A stretch of DNA of 46,609 bases from a bacterium (GTDB taxonomy: Bacteria; Patescibacteriota; Patescibacteriia; Patescibacteriales; GWE2-39-37), in the NCBI GenBank assembly GCA_037146995.1, contig JBAWWA010000002.1, positions 67,955 to 114,563 on the forward strand. Reading direction: 5' to 3'. The translations under genes and the position numbers were made by a program. The notes beneath the pieces are model-generated. The model searched no databases. It saw only the letters and a list, made by a program, of their open reading frames with translations, and had not been told where the DNA came from. Below, one piece after another: positions 29,813 through 38,235 of the stretch (its first letter is position 1; the number at the start of each line of letters is the position of its first letter).

Positions 29813-30094
29813 ATGAAAAGGACCGCAAAAACAGATGAAGAAATGTCCACCGCCGCAAAAGCAATCAGTATTATGGGTATGATTATGCTTATTTTAACTA
29901 TCTGCCTAGCACTACCTGGCCAGGAATTCCCTGGGCAAAAAAATGTATTACAGCTGTTAATTGCCATTTCTGCAAATATTAGCATCGTATTATTGCTACT
30001 AGCCAACAATCTTGGCAAATCAAAAATTCCGCACTTCAATGAAAACAAGCAGAAAAAAGAAGATTGTAAAATCATAGAAGCCGAGCTGATTTAG
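29813..30094 (+). CDS. Small two-TM hypothetical protein
   Basis: GGAGG SD, own promoter and terminator. Confidence 0.72.
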   Translation: MKRTAKTDEEMSTAAKAISIMGMIMLILTICLALPGQEFPGQKNVLQLLIAISANISIVLLLLANNLGKSKIPHFNENKQKKEDCKIIEAELI

Positions 30095-30107
30095 CTCAAC
30101 ACACCGA

Positions 30108-30142
30108 ACCCCTTATAACAAATAATAAGGGGTTTTTATTTT
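30108..30142 (+). terminator. Intrinsic terminator
   Basis: AACCCCTTAT...ATAAGGGGTT + T-run. Confidence 0.78.
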
Positions 30143-30430
30143 AATAAATTATAGCTTCAACTATCTGACATTAAATAATATCTTAAAAACTATATAAACT
30201 ATTTTATAGGTTAATTAGAGATGTTAATCTCTTACCACAACCACCCCTTCACCATTTTTAAGTCGCTTAAAAATCAAACAATTTTTGCCCAAGACAATTC
30301 TAGCAAAATCATTATTTATTATCGTATTTTTTGGCACACTCCTTATTTCGAATATGCCAAAGTTTCAAAAGGTAAATATTATCCCTAATGTAAAACAAAA
30401 AAACACAACGTTTGTTGTGTTTTTACTTTG

Positions 30431-30512
30431 TGCCGGGAACAGGACTTGAACCTGCACACCTTGCGGTACTTGCTCCTAAGGCAAGCGTGTCTGCCAATTT
30501 CACCATCCCGGC
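30431..30512 (-). tRNA. tRNA-Leu, anticodon TAG (CCA not encoded)
   Basis: GCCGGGA/TCCCGGC acceptor stem, D-arm TGGTGAAATTGGCAGACA, CTTGC-CTTAGGA-GCAAG anticodon arm, long variable arm, GGTTCAAGTCC T-arm; hairpin terminator at 30397-30424. Confidence 0.96.
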
Positions 30513-30561
30513 GTATTATGTTTTACTACGATAAATTAACAAATAAGCTTTAAAATCTAGA

Positions 30562-30694
30562 GCTTGCCTTATTAGCGTGCCGCGCCCATCGTAGCCTTCT
30601 TCGACCAGCATAGCCTTGGCGACGTTGGTGGCAAAGTTGGGTCTACCAATGGAATTTATCCAGCGTAGCTTTAGCGGAGTTGGACCATCCCGGC
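30562..30694 (-). pseudogene. Fragmented copy of the 5' half of tRNA-Leu, interrupted by palindromic elements
   Basis: Colinear blocks GCCGGGATGGT (30684-30694), ATTGGTAGAC (30641-30650) and ACGCT (30574-30578), plus an inverted anticodon-arm 10-mer at 30562-30571. Confidence 0.65.
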
Positions 30695-30750
30695 CATTTC
30701 CCACTACTTCATTATTATGCTTTATTTTACGAAGCTTTCGTGAAGCGGGT
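30585..30750. repeat. Cluster of four 26-nt palindromic elements, one nested in another
   Basis: TCCAGC-GTA-GCTTTAGC-GGA-GTTGGA (30659-30684); ACCAGC-ATA-GCCTTGGC-GAC-GTTGGT (30604-30629); split CCCATC-GTA-GCCTT//GGC-AAA-GTTGGG (30585-30641); degenerate copy at 30725-30750. Confidence 0.75.
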
Positions 30751-30846
30751 GAACTTTCTTAATTTAACAGGAAAATTGGCAAATGGTCAACCCTTAAGCT
30801 TAAAGCTAATAAAAAAGCGGCAGACATTAATTCTACCGCCCGTACT

Positions 30847-31671
30847 CTACATTTTAATTTTTTGATTTTCCCTTGCCAAATTGGCCAATTTCACCACCCC
30901 TGCCAGCAAACTTAGTTGCTGAATTTTAGTGTCGACATTATGAGGTGCATATCTAGCACCACGATCTTCGAGGCCGGTAAAATGATCTGGACTTATACAG
31001 GCACAATTTCCAGGCACTCTAAAAGTTGGCCAACACAATTCACCGTGATATTGACCGACATAAAAATCAGCCTTACTTAAACGCGCCTCCCTACTTGATG
31101 TCAGCTGGACATAGACTTTTACCATGGTGTTAATTATAGCCATATAGCTACTATTATTACTAAAATGATTATTCCAAATGGATTTCGCAAAATCTAGCAC
31201 TTCACCGGAGTAAGTAAAAACAAAGGAGCCGTTATTCAAATAATCATGCGATTTGACTGTAACATAGTCAATGATTAAAAATTGATTTATATCCGACTCC
31301 GTTTCCCCTGTTTCAAACAGACTAATGGCCGTCGTCAAATGATTAATAGTGGCCGAAATCTCATCTAACCTTTCCGAAGTTGGCGTTAATGGAATCTTGC
31401 ACTCCCAAATAATCCAACTTTTATCAACCCCGTCCAGGCTTTTCTTCAGTTTAAGCGCACTTCCGTAACCCCAGGAGCTGTCATTTGGCCTTACAAAATC
31501 ACACAGGCCATATCCGAGCTGAAAAGATTCGATATCAACGCTAGGATCATTTAAAAATTTTACGACATAATCATTAAGACCTGGCTCTAGACAAAAATAA
31601 AAAGCCGGAACATTTTCATCAATTATTATCTCGTGCGTTTGTGGCAAATCATTAAAAATCAGATTTTTCAT
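30847..31671 (-). CDS. Hypothetical protein, 274 aa
   Basis: GGAGAGGAGAGG SD, TTGACA-17-TAGTCT promoter, terminator near 30811-30840. Confidence 0.8.
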   Translation of the reverse strand: MKNLIFNDLPQTHEIIIDENVPAFYFCLEPGLNDYVVKFLNDPSVDIESFQLGYGLCDFVRPNDSSWGYGSALKLKKSLDGVDKSWIIWECKIPLTPTSERLDEISATINHLTTAISLFETGETESDINQFLIIDYVTVKSHDYLNNGSFVFTYSGEVLDFAKSIWNNHFSNNSSYMAIINTMVKVYVQLTSSREARLSKADFYVGQYHGELCWPTFRVPGNCACISPDHFTGLEDRGARYAPHNVDTKIQQLSLLAGVVKLANLARENQKIKM

Positions 31672-31789
31672 AAACCTCTCCTCTCCTTTGAATTTTAAAG
31701 AACCATTTTTATCCTTTAAAGACTACTGAAAATCAACATGCATGTCAACCCAAATTAAAAGCGGTCGATTTTTTAATCGACCGCCTAGC

Positions 31790-33253
31790 TTACCTCAAAA
31801 TATAGTTTTTTGCCTCGAGCTTAGCTAGCTCTTTGGCTTTGCCAATATAAAGCTCTGGTTGATATAAAATACTCTTTACCTCCTCAGGCACTTTACCCCA
31901 AGCCGCTCCAACAGCCTTACTGTTATTATCAACACTGTTTTCACAAAAAATATCCATTGCATCAGCCAAGCTGCAACCGCTTGACTGGACCATGCCAATT
32001 ATTTTTTCATTAACAAATTCATGAGCCGCCGGTAAGCCAGCCAGCCCCATGGACAGATGCAAAATTTCAGCTGTCAAATAGTGCGACTCGAGTCCAAGAT
32101 TTTTTTGACAGCGCTCAATATTGACTTTAAGACTTTTTAAAAGTCTCTCAGCTGTCAAAAGCTGCTGATAAACATAAACCATAATCGATGAATAACGACG
32201 CATGCATGAGGAGTTAGACAAATCACGTTGCAAATCACTCACCATATTCATGGCAATTAACATATATTCAGAGATGACCGTTCGATGCATGCCTAGTAGC
32301 TGCTCGGCCGCAATCGGATTAGCTGTTTTGTGTGACATGGCCGAGGATGTTGAACTAGTGCTAATTAACTCTTGATAGGCAGATGATTGTAAAATCCTTA
32401 CATCTTCACCCAAATTGGCTAGCGAACCAGAGAGTAACATTAATGAATGATATGCCTCTTGCATCGATTCTGGCGGTGAGATCTGCGTACTGATCGGCGC
32501 CGTGTTCAAGCCCAGGGTTTGCATGAGATTTTTTTCAAGTCCTGAATCTTTTAACATGACAACTTGTGAAGCATAAGTACCGACTGCGCCACTGAATTTA
32601 CCCTCTACCAAATCAGCAAACAACATCGAGGTTCGACAATTCCTAACATACCGATTATGGAGCTGTGCCAACCAAAATCCGACTGTAATCGGCAAGGCTG
32701 TCTGTAAATGCGTCCGCCCAGCTTGCAGAACCTCAGCATGATCTTCGATTAATTTGCACCACAACTGGTCGAGCTCGAGCATTTTCGGCAACAGTACTTG
32801 TTCAAAGGTCACTTGATACTGCAAAGCATACGCCGTGCAAATAATGTCATACGAAGTGGCACAATAATGGAGCCACTTGTGCAAAGGCAAAGGCAGATGC
32901 AATTTCATTAAATTCGTCAATGCAATAATATCATGTTTTGTCTTTGCCTCTTCACTGTCTTGATCGGTAGTGGTAATACTTTGCAGCATTTTACTAAGGA
33001 GTTTTGGTCTTAATAGACTCGCCTCAGCAACAGGTATTACAGCCTTTTTCGCCAAGGTCTTCAACCAAGCCCACTCAACAATAATCAGCCACGAAGCCCA
33101 TTGATCATAGCCCAGATATGGTCTTAAATCTGAGGGTTGATAACGGCCGTCTGACGGCATAGTCATGTTTGATTGACCATACCTGACCCGACCAATCGCT
33201 CCACAGCCAACCATCTCATTTATCGCCTCTTTTACCCATGCCTCTCGCTTCAT
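31790..33253 (-). CDS. purB: Divergent adenylosuccinate lyase-like enzyme (fumarase/aspartase superfamily)
   Basis: TKHDI, HYCATSYD, GRTHLQTA, GKFSGAVG, STQI, SSAMSHKTANP, QRDLSNS; start revised to ATG 33253 (GGGAG SD). Confidence 0.8.
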   Translation of the reverse strand: MKREAWVKEAINEMVGCGAIGRVRYGQSNMTMPSDGRYQPSDLRPYLGYDQWASWLIIVEWAWLKTLAKKAVIPVAEASLLRPKLLSKMLQSITTTDQDSEEAKTKHDIIALTNLMKLHLPLPLHKWLHYCATSYDIICTAYALQYQVTFEQVLLPKMLELDQLWCKLIEDHAEVLQAGRTHLQTALPITVGFWLAQLHNRYVRNCRTSMLFADLVEGKFSGAVGTYASQVVMLKDSGLEKNLMQTLGLNTAPISTQISPPESMQEAYHSLMLLSGSLANLGEDVRILQSSAYQELISTSSTSSAMSHKTANPIAAEQLLGMHRTVISEYMLIAMNMVSDLQRDLSNSSCMRRYSSIMVYVYQQLLTAERLLKSLKVNIERCQKNLGLESHYLTAEILHLSMGLAGLPAAHEFVNEKIIGMVQSSGCSLADAMDIFCENSVDNNSKAVGAAWGKVPEEVKSILYQPELYIGKAKELAKLEAKNYILR

Positions 33254-33425
33254 AATCGCTCTCCCTGTCAAAATTTATTTTGGCCGACTGGCCAATCTGA
33301 AAGATCAAATCATCACAACCTTACTGGATTAAAACCAAGTCGTCAAATTATAAAAAACATTTCATTGTAAATCAAAAATATGGTATAATGAAGACAATAA
33401 ATTTTATTTATTCTTCATAAAAACT

Positions 33426-33791
33426 ATGGCCAAAAAAACTACCTCGCCTTCGATTGAAAAAATTGCCGATGATTTTAAATCAAAGCTCGAGGACACTTCA
33501 AAAAAAGGAATTGAAAACAAAGAGGCGGCACTCTCATATGTTTTTATTCTCTGTTTTATTCCCCTGCTCTCAAATCGTGACTCTGAATTTGTGCAATTTC
33601 ATGCCAAACAAGGCTTTGTCCTGTTTGTTCTAGATATCCTGATTGGTCTCGTCTCCTGGTTTCCGCTTTTTGGCCAACTTGCCGTGTTAGTATTATTCAT
33701 GACCTCAATTATTGGCATTGTCAAAGCCCTTAACGGTAAATATTGGGAGATACCTTTCGTTTACGAATGGAGTAAAAAATTAAATTTTTAA
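33426..33791 (+). CDS. DUF4870-like membrane protein
   Basis: AALSY..FVQFHAKQG..GIVKALNGKYWEIP pattern. Confidence 0.78.
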   Translation: MAKKTTSPSIEKIADDFKSKLEDTSKKGIENKEAALSYVFILCFIPLLSNRDSEFVQFHAKQGFVLFVLDILIGLVSWFPLFGQLAVLVLFMTSIIGIVKALNGKYWEIPFVYEWSKKLNF

Positions 33792-33823
33792 TAATAACTA
33801 ATTAGCTAATTAGAACAAACCCT

Positions 33824-36202
33824 ATGCCAAAGTACATCAAGTTCTTTAACGAGTTGGGCATCAAAGACGTGCCTATTGTCGGCGGTAAAAATGCCTCACT
33901 CGGTGAAATGTATCAAAAACTTGCCAAAGAAAAAGTTAACGTACCCAACGGTTTTGCCACCACTTCAGAGGCTTACAATTATTTTATCGAAAAGTCTGGC
34001 ACCAAAGACAAAATTCGTGAAATCTTAAAAGGCTTAGACACTGGTAATGTCGTTGATTTAGCGAAGCGCGGTAAAAAAGTCCGAGATGTTATCCTGAAGG
34101 CAGAACTTCCAAATGACTTAAAGAAAGAACTGCGCGATGCCTACCTCACCCTCTCAAAGCAATACAAGAGCAAAGAAGTTGATGTAGCTGTCAGATCTTC
34201 TGCGACCGCCGAAGATTTGCCTGATGCCTCTTTTGCCGGTCAGCAAGAAACTTTTTTAAATATCAAAGGCGAAACTGCCTTGATTGATGCCGTCCGTCGT
34301 TGCATTGCCTCGCTTTTCACTAATCGCGCTATCTCATATCGCGTCGACAAAAATTTTGACCACTTCAACATTGCCTTGTCCGTTGGCGTGCAAAAAATGG
34401 TACGCTCAGACGTCGGCTCATCCGGGGTTATGTTTACCATCGACACCGAATCTGGTTTTCAAAATGCCGTCCTTGTCTCATCTATTTATGGTTTGGGCGA
34501 AAATATCGTCCAAGGCAAAGTCTCTCCAGATGAATTCTACGTCTTCAAACCGACCAGAGCTATCATCTCCAAAAAATATTCACAAAAAACCATCAAGATG
34601 GTTTACAATACGACCGGTAAAAATCCAGTCAAAGATATTCCTGTCCCAGCCAAAGATCAATGGCTACCATCAATCAATGACGCTCAAGTACTAGAGCTGG
34701 CTGATTGGGCTATTACCATTGAAAAGCATTATGGTCGACCGATGGATATCGAATGGGCCTTTGATGGCCAGGAAAAGAAACTATACATTGTACAGGCTCG
34801 CCCGGAAACAATTCATAGCGTCCGCAATCAAAACATTATCGAAGAATACAAAATCGGTAAAAAGGGTGAAGTTTTAGTAGTGGGTAAATCAGTCGGTAAT
34901 CGCATTGGCAGTGGCGAGGTCAATCGTATCATGGACGTCAAAGACATTGCTAAATTCAAGAAAGGCCAAGTCCTAGTTACCACCATGACTGATCCAGATT
35001 GGGAACCTATCATGAAAATTGCCGGAGCAATCGTGACCGATTCTGGTGGTCGTACTTGCCACGCCGCTATTATCTCCCGCGAACTGGGCATCCCTTGCGT
35101 TGTCGGTACCAATGTTGGCAGCTCAACTCTCAAAAGTGGCGCGAAAGTCACAGTCAGCTGTGCCGAGGGTGATGAAGGTTTTGTTTATAACGGCATTGTG
35201 CCTTTCAAAATAGAGACAACGGATATTAAAAATCTGAAGAAACCGAAAACCAAAGTCATGTTGAATGTTGGTGAACCTGACAGTGCTATGGCCATGTCCT
35301 TTATTCCTAATGATGGCGTTGGTTTAGCCCGCGAAGAATTTATCATCAACAATTACATCAAGATTCATCCGCTTGCCTTGCTTAATTACGACAAGATAAC
35401 TGATAAAAAGGTCAAAGCCCAAATCGATGCCATGACTGTCGGCTACAAAGACAAAAAGCAATACTACATTGATCGCCTCGCTCAGGGTGTCGCCATGATT
35501 GCCGCAGCTTTTTACCCTAAAGATGTTATAATCCGCCTGTCAGATTTCAAATCAAATGAGTACGCCAACCTTGTGGGCGGCTTGCCATATGAACCAGTTG
35601 AAGCCAACCCCATGATCGGCTGGCGCGGCGCTTCACGTTACTACGATCCAAAGTATCGCCCTGCCTTTGACCTTGAGTGCCAAGCTTTGGCCAAGGTCAG
35701 AAACGATATGGGACTGACAAATCTCAAATTAATGATCCCCTTTTGTCGCACTGTCGATGAGGGTAAAAGGGTTATCGAGATTATGGCCGAAAACGGTCTC
35801 GTCCAACATAAAGATGGTTTGCAAATTTATGTCATGGCCGAAATTCCAACCAACATCATCTTGGCCGAAAAATTTGCCGAAGTCTTTGATGGCTTCTCTA
35901 TCGGTTCAAATGATCTAACCCAACTCACTCTAGGTATTGATCGCGATTCTGGAATTTTAAATATTGCCGGCGTTGCCAATGAAAAAAATGAGTCGGTCAA
36001 GGACTTGATTCGTTATTTGATCTCCGTTGGCAAAAAGACCAAGACCAAAGTCGGTATTTGCGGTCAAGCACCATCGGACTTCCCTGACTTTGCGCAGTTC
36101 TTAGTTGAGCTTGGCATCGACTCGATTTCTTTAACCCCAGATACAGTCATCAAAACTACGATTGCCATTAACGAGACTGAAGCTAAATTAAAGAGAAAAT
36201 AA
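33824..36202 (+). CDS. ppsA: Phosphoenolpyruvate synthase
   Basis: VGGKNASLGEM, AVRSSATAEDLPDASFAGQQET, DIEWA, GGRTCHAAIISRELG (phospho-His), FSIGSNDLTQL. Confidence 0.97.
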   Translation: MPKYIKFFNELGIKDVPIVGGKNASLGEMYQKLAKEKVNVPNGFATTSEAYNYFIEKSGTKDKIREILKGLDTGNVVDLAKRGKKVRDVILKAELPNDLKKELRDAYLTLSKQYKSKEVDVAVRSSATAEDLPDASFAGQQETFLNIKGETALIDAVRRCIASLFTNRAISYRVDKNFDHFNIALSVGVQKMVRSDVGSSGVMFTIDTESGFQNAVLVSSIYGLGENIVQGKVSPDEFYVFKPTRAIISKKYSQKTIKMVYNTTGKNPVKDIPVPAKDQWLPSINDAQVLELADWAITIEKHYGRPMDIEWAFDGQEKKLYIVQARPETIHSVRNQNIIEEYKIGKKGEVLVVGKSVGNRIGSGEVNRIMDVKDIAKFKKGQVLVTTMTDPDWEPIMKIAGAIVTDSGGRTCHAAIISRELGIPCVVGTNVGSSTLKSGAKVTVSCAEGDEGFVYNGIVPFKIETTDIKNLKKPKTKVMLNVGEPDSAMAMSFIPNDGVGLAREEFIINNYIKIHPLALLNYDKITDKKVKAQIDAMTVGYKDKKQYYIDRLAQGVAMIAAAFYPKDVIIRLSDFKSNEYANLVGGLPYEPVEANPMIGWRGASRYYDPKYRPAFDLECQALAKVRNDMGLTNLKLMIPFCRTVDEGKRVIEIMAENGLVQHKDGLQIYVMAEIPTNIILAEKFAEVFDGFSIGSNDLTQLTLGIDRDSGILNIAGVANEKNESVKDLIRYLISVGKKTKTKVGICGQAPSDFPDFAQFLVELGIDSISLTPDTVIKTTIAINETEAKLKRK

Positions 36203-36216
36203 ATTACACATCGCTT

Positions 36217-36252
36217 AAAAAACCGCCAATCATTTATGATGGCGGTTTTTTT
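36217..36252 (+). terminator. ppsA terminator
   Basis: AAAACCGCCA...TGGCGGTTTTTTT. Confidence 0.82.
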
Positions 36253-36297
36253 ATTATTTAAAATTAGCCATTTTAATAGAAATTTTCTTTATTAATA

Positions 36298-36326
36298 TTG
36301 ACAAAAGTGTAAATCAATGCTATATT
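36298..36326 (+). promoter_or_regulatory. Near-consensus sigma70 promoter
   Basis: TTGACA-17-TATATT with TG extension. Confidence 0.7.
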
Positions 36327-36461
36327 ATATTTAGATCATTATAGATTAAGCACATCAGGGAGGAAGTTCAAATATCCTCCCCTATTTTTTAAGCCTATTT
36401 TTTGCTAAAGTAAAAGTAGTTTTCAAAAATAGTTGCTCATTACAATTAAATGGAGGGACCT

Positions 36462-36656
36462 ATGAACCACTTGTCACTACTAGCTATGTCCGCTATTGGG
36501 ACTCTTTCGAACATTTACACGCTCTACACCACACCCGAAAATTTCCAATTTATTGGTGATTTACTAAGTTTTTTAATCTTAATTGCATTCTCCGGCCTAG
36601 GCATAATTATTGAAATAAAAAACAACCAATCAATGGAGGTAACAAATGAAAAATGA
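36462..36656 (+). CDS. Small hydrophobic protein
   Basis: GGAGGG SD before ATG 36462; overlaps the next ORF. Confidence 0.65.
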   Translation: MNHLSLLAMSAIGTLSNIYTLYTTPENFQFIGDLLSFLILIAFSGLGIIIEIKNNQSMEVTNEK

Positions 36657-36879
36657 CTATTGTCAAACCATGTTGTACTGCGTCGGCTGCGTCATGATTC
36701 TGTGTGGATCACTCAGCATGTTAATTGCCATCTGCATTGGTAAATTAGCACTCACCGCTACCATGGCTACCATAACCGTTATTGGCTCAATCGTTACAAC
36801 AAAGGTTGAAAATGCCGAAAGTAAAAAAATAATCGTCCTCAATCCCGCGGGAATATTCATGCGGGATTGCAAAAAATAA
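36646..36879 (+). CDS. Small hydrophobic, Cys-containing protein
   Basis: GGAGGT SD; two TM-like segments; terminator at 36897-36921. Confidence 0.65.
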   Translation: MKNDYCQTMLYCVGCVMILCGSLSMLIAICIGKLALTATMATITVIGSIVTTKVENAESKKIIVLNPAGIFMRDCKK

Positions 36880-36980
36880 TTCCCCTCCATTTTATTAGCC
36901 TTATCTTCGGATAGGGCTTTTCATTTTCCTAAAAATTGGTTTACAATATACTTACTAACTTACAGCCATAAATATTTACC

Positions 36981-37820
36981 ATGTTTTTACATTCATTCAT
37001 TCCAAGCCCTATCCTTTGGTCGCTTGGGCCAGTCAGTATCTACTGGTACGGCTTAATGCTCGTAATCGGCATTATTAGCGGACTATACGTTACTGTTCAA
37101 CTCGGTCAAAAACACAATATCAAAAAGGACACAATCCTGGATTTAGCTTTCTACCTCGTCCTTTTTAGCATTCTAGGTGCCAGAATCTATGACATCTTTT
37201 TAGAACTCCCCTATTATATTGCAAATCCAATCGCCATCTTCAAAATCTGGCAAGGCGGACTAGCTATTCACGGCGCCTTGATTGGTGGCGGCCTAACCAT
37301 CTATTGGTTCACTAAAAAATACAAACAGTCATTTATTAAGTTTTTGGCTGTAGTTACTCCCGGTCTAGCTCTTGGTCAAGCAATCGGTCGTTGGGGCAAC
37401 TACTTTAATCAAGAACTATTTGGCCTGCCGACCAATTTGCCCTGGGGTATTCCGATTAATTTAAATATGCGCCCTTCTTTATTTAACAATTCAGAATATT
37501 TCCATCCCACTTTTTTATACGAATCGCTCGGCAATTTATTGATATTCGTCGGTCTTTATTATTTTGTAAATAAACTCAGCGCCAACAAAAACCGCTCTGA
37601 ACGCTATCTCAATTATCGCTTTATTTTTCTCGGCTATTTACTTGCCTACTCGGTTCTACGTTTTTTCCTAGAATTCATACGTATAGATTTCGCTCCAAAT
37701 TTATTTGGCTTACGTTGGCCACAAATCATGAGCTTAATAATTGTTGCGAGCTCTATTTTCGTCTTTTATCACACCAAAAAAAGTGATATCTTGGCTAACC
37801 GCAGCGAAAAAAATGACTAG
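36981..37820 (+). CDS. lgt: Prolipoprotein diacylglyceryl transferase
   Basis: WYGL, GARI, WQGGLAIHG, GQAIGRWGNYFNQE, HPTFLYES. Confidence 0.96.
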   Translation: MFLHSFIPSPILWSLGPVSIYWYGLMLVIGIISGLYVTVQLGQKHNIKKDTILDLAFYLVLFSILGARIYDIFLELPYYIANPIAIFKIWQGGLAIHGALIGGGLTIYWFTKKYKQSFIKFLAVVTPGLALGQAIGRWGNYFNQELFGLPTNLPWGIPINLNMRPSLFNNSEYFHPTFLYESLGNLLIFVGLYYFVNKLSANKNRSERYLNYRFIFLGYLLAYSVLRFFLEFIRIDFAPNLFGLRWPQIMSLIIVASSIFVFYHTKKSDILANRSEKND

Positions 37821-37912
37821 CCAGAGAGGGCTTGCCTAAAATTAGCAATTATGTTACATTATCTCTATCTCTCACACACTTTCAAAGTATAATTAAGTTA
37901 ATAAGGAATATT

Positions 37913-38182
37913 ATGCCAAATCGCAAAGCCGCGATCAAAGATTTACGCACCAGTGCACGTCGCACCGAGCGCAACAAAAAGATTAAAGACAATTTAAAAA
38001 CAGTTATCAAAAAAAGCTTAAAAGCTATCGAGGCCAAGGATGTAACTGCCAAAGAATTGGTTATCAAGGCCTCAAAGGCAATTGATAAGGCAGCCAAGAC
38101 TGGCTTGATCAAGAAAAATACAGCAAGTCGTCGCAAATCAAGACTGGATCGTAATTTGAACAAACTAGCAGCCAAGAAATAA
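37913..38182 (+). CDS. rpsT: 30S ribosomal protein S20 (start revised to ATG 37913)
   Basis: MPNRKAAIK..RN..IDKAAKTGLIKKNTASRRKSRL. Confidence 0.95.
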   Translation: MPNRKAAIKDLRTSARRTERNKKIKDNLKTVIKKSLKAIEAKDVTAKELVIKASKAIDKAAKTGLIKKNTASRRKSRLDRNLNKLAAKK

Positions 38183-38192
38183 GTCAGGATTT

Positions 38193-38219
38193 AAAAAAGA
38201 CCATCACTGGTCTTTTTTT
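38193..38219. terminator. Bidirectional terminator between rpsT and holA
   Basis: AAAAAAAGACCA-TCAC-TGGTCTTTTTTT. Confidence 0.8.
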
Positions 38220-38235
38220 GTATCAAACAAACAGG

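Noticed and set aside
30221-30388. 55-codon ORF (MLISYHNHPF...) in the AT-rich gap next to the tRNA
   Set aside because: No clear SD or recognisable motif; it cannot be distinguished from a chance ORF.
30397-30512. tRNA-Leu as attB of a prophage or integrative element
   Set aside because: No duplicate of the tRNA 3' end, integrase or phage structural gene was seen in the window.
30516-30865. ORFs 30516-30704 (-) and 30680-30865 (+)
   Set aside because: They run through the palindromic elements and tRNA ghost, have no SD and no protein-like features.
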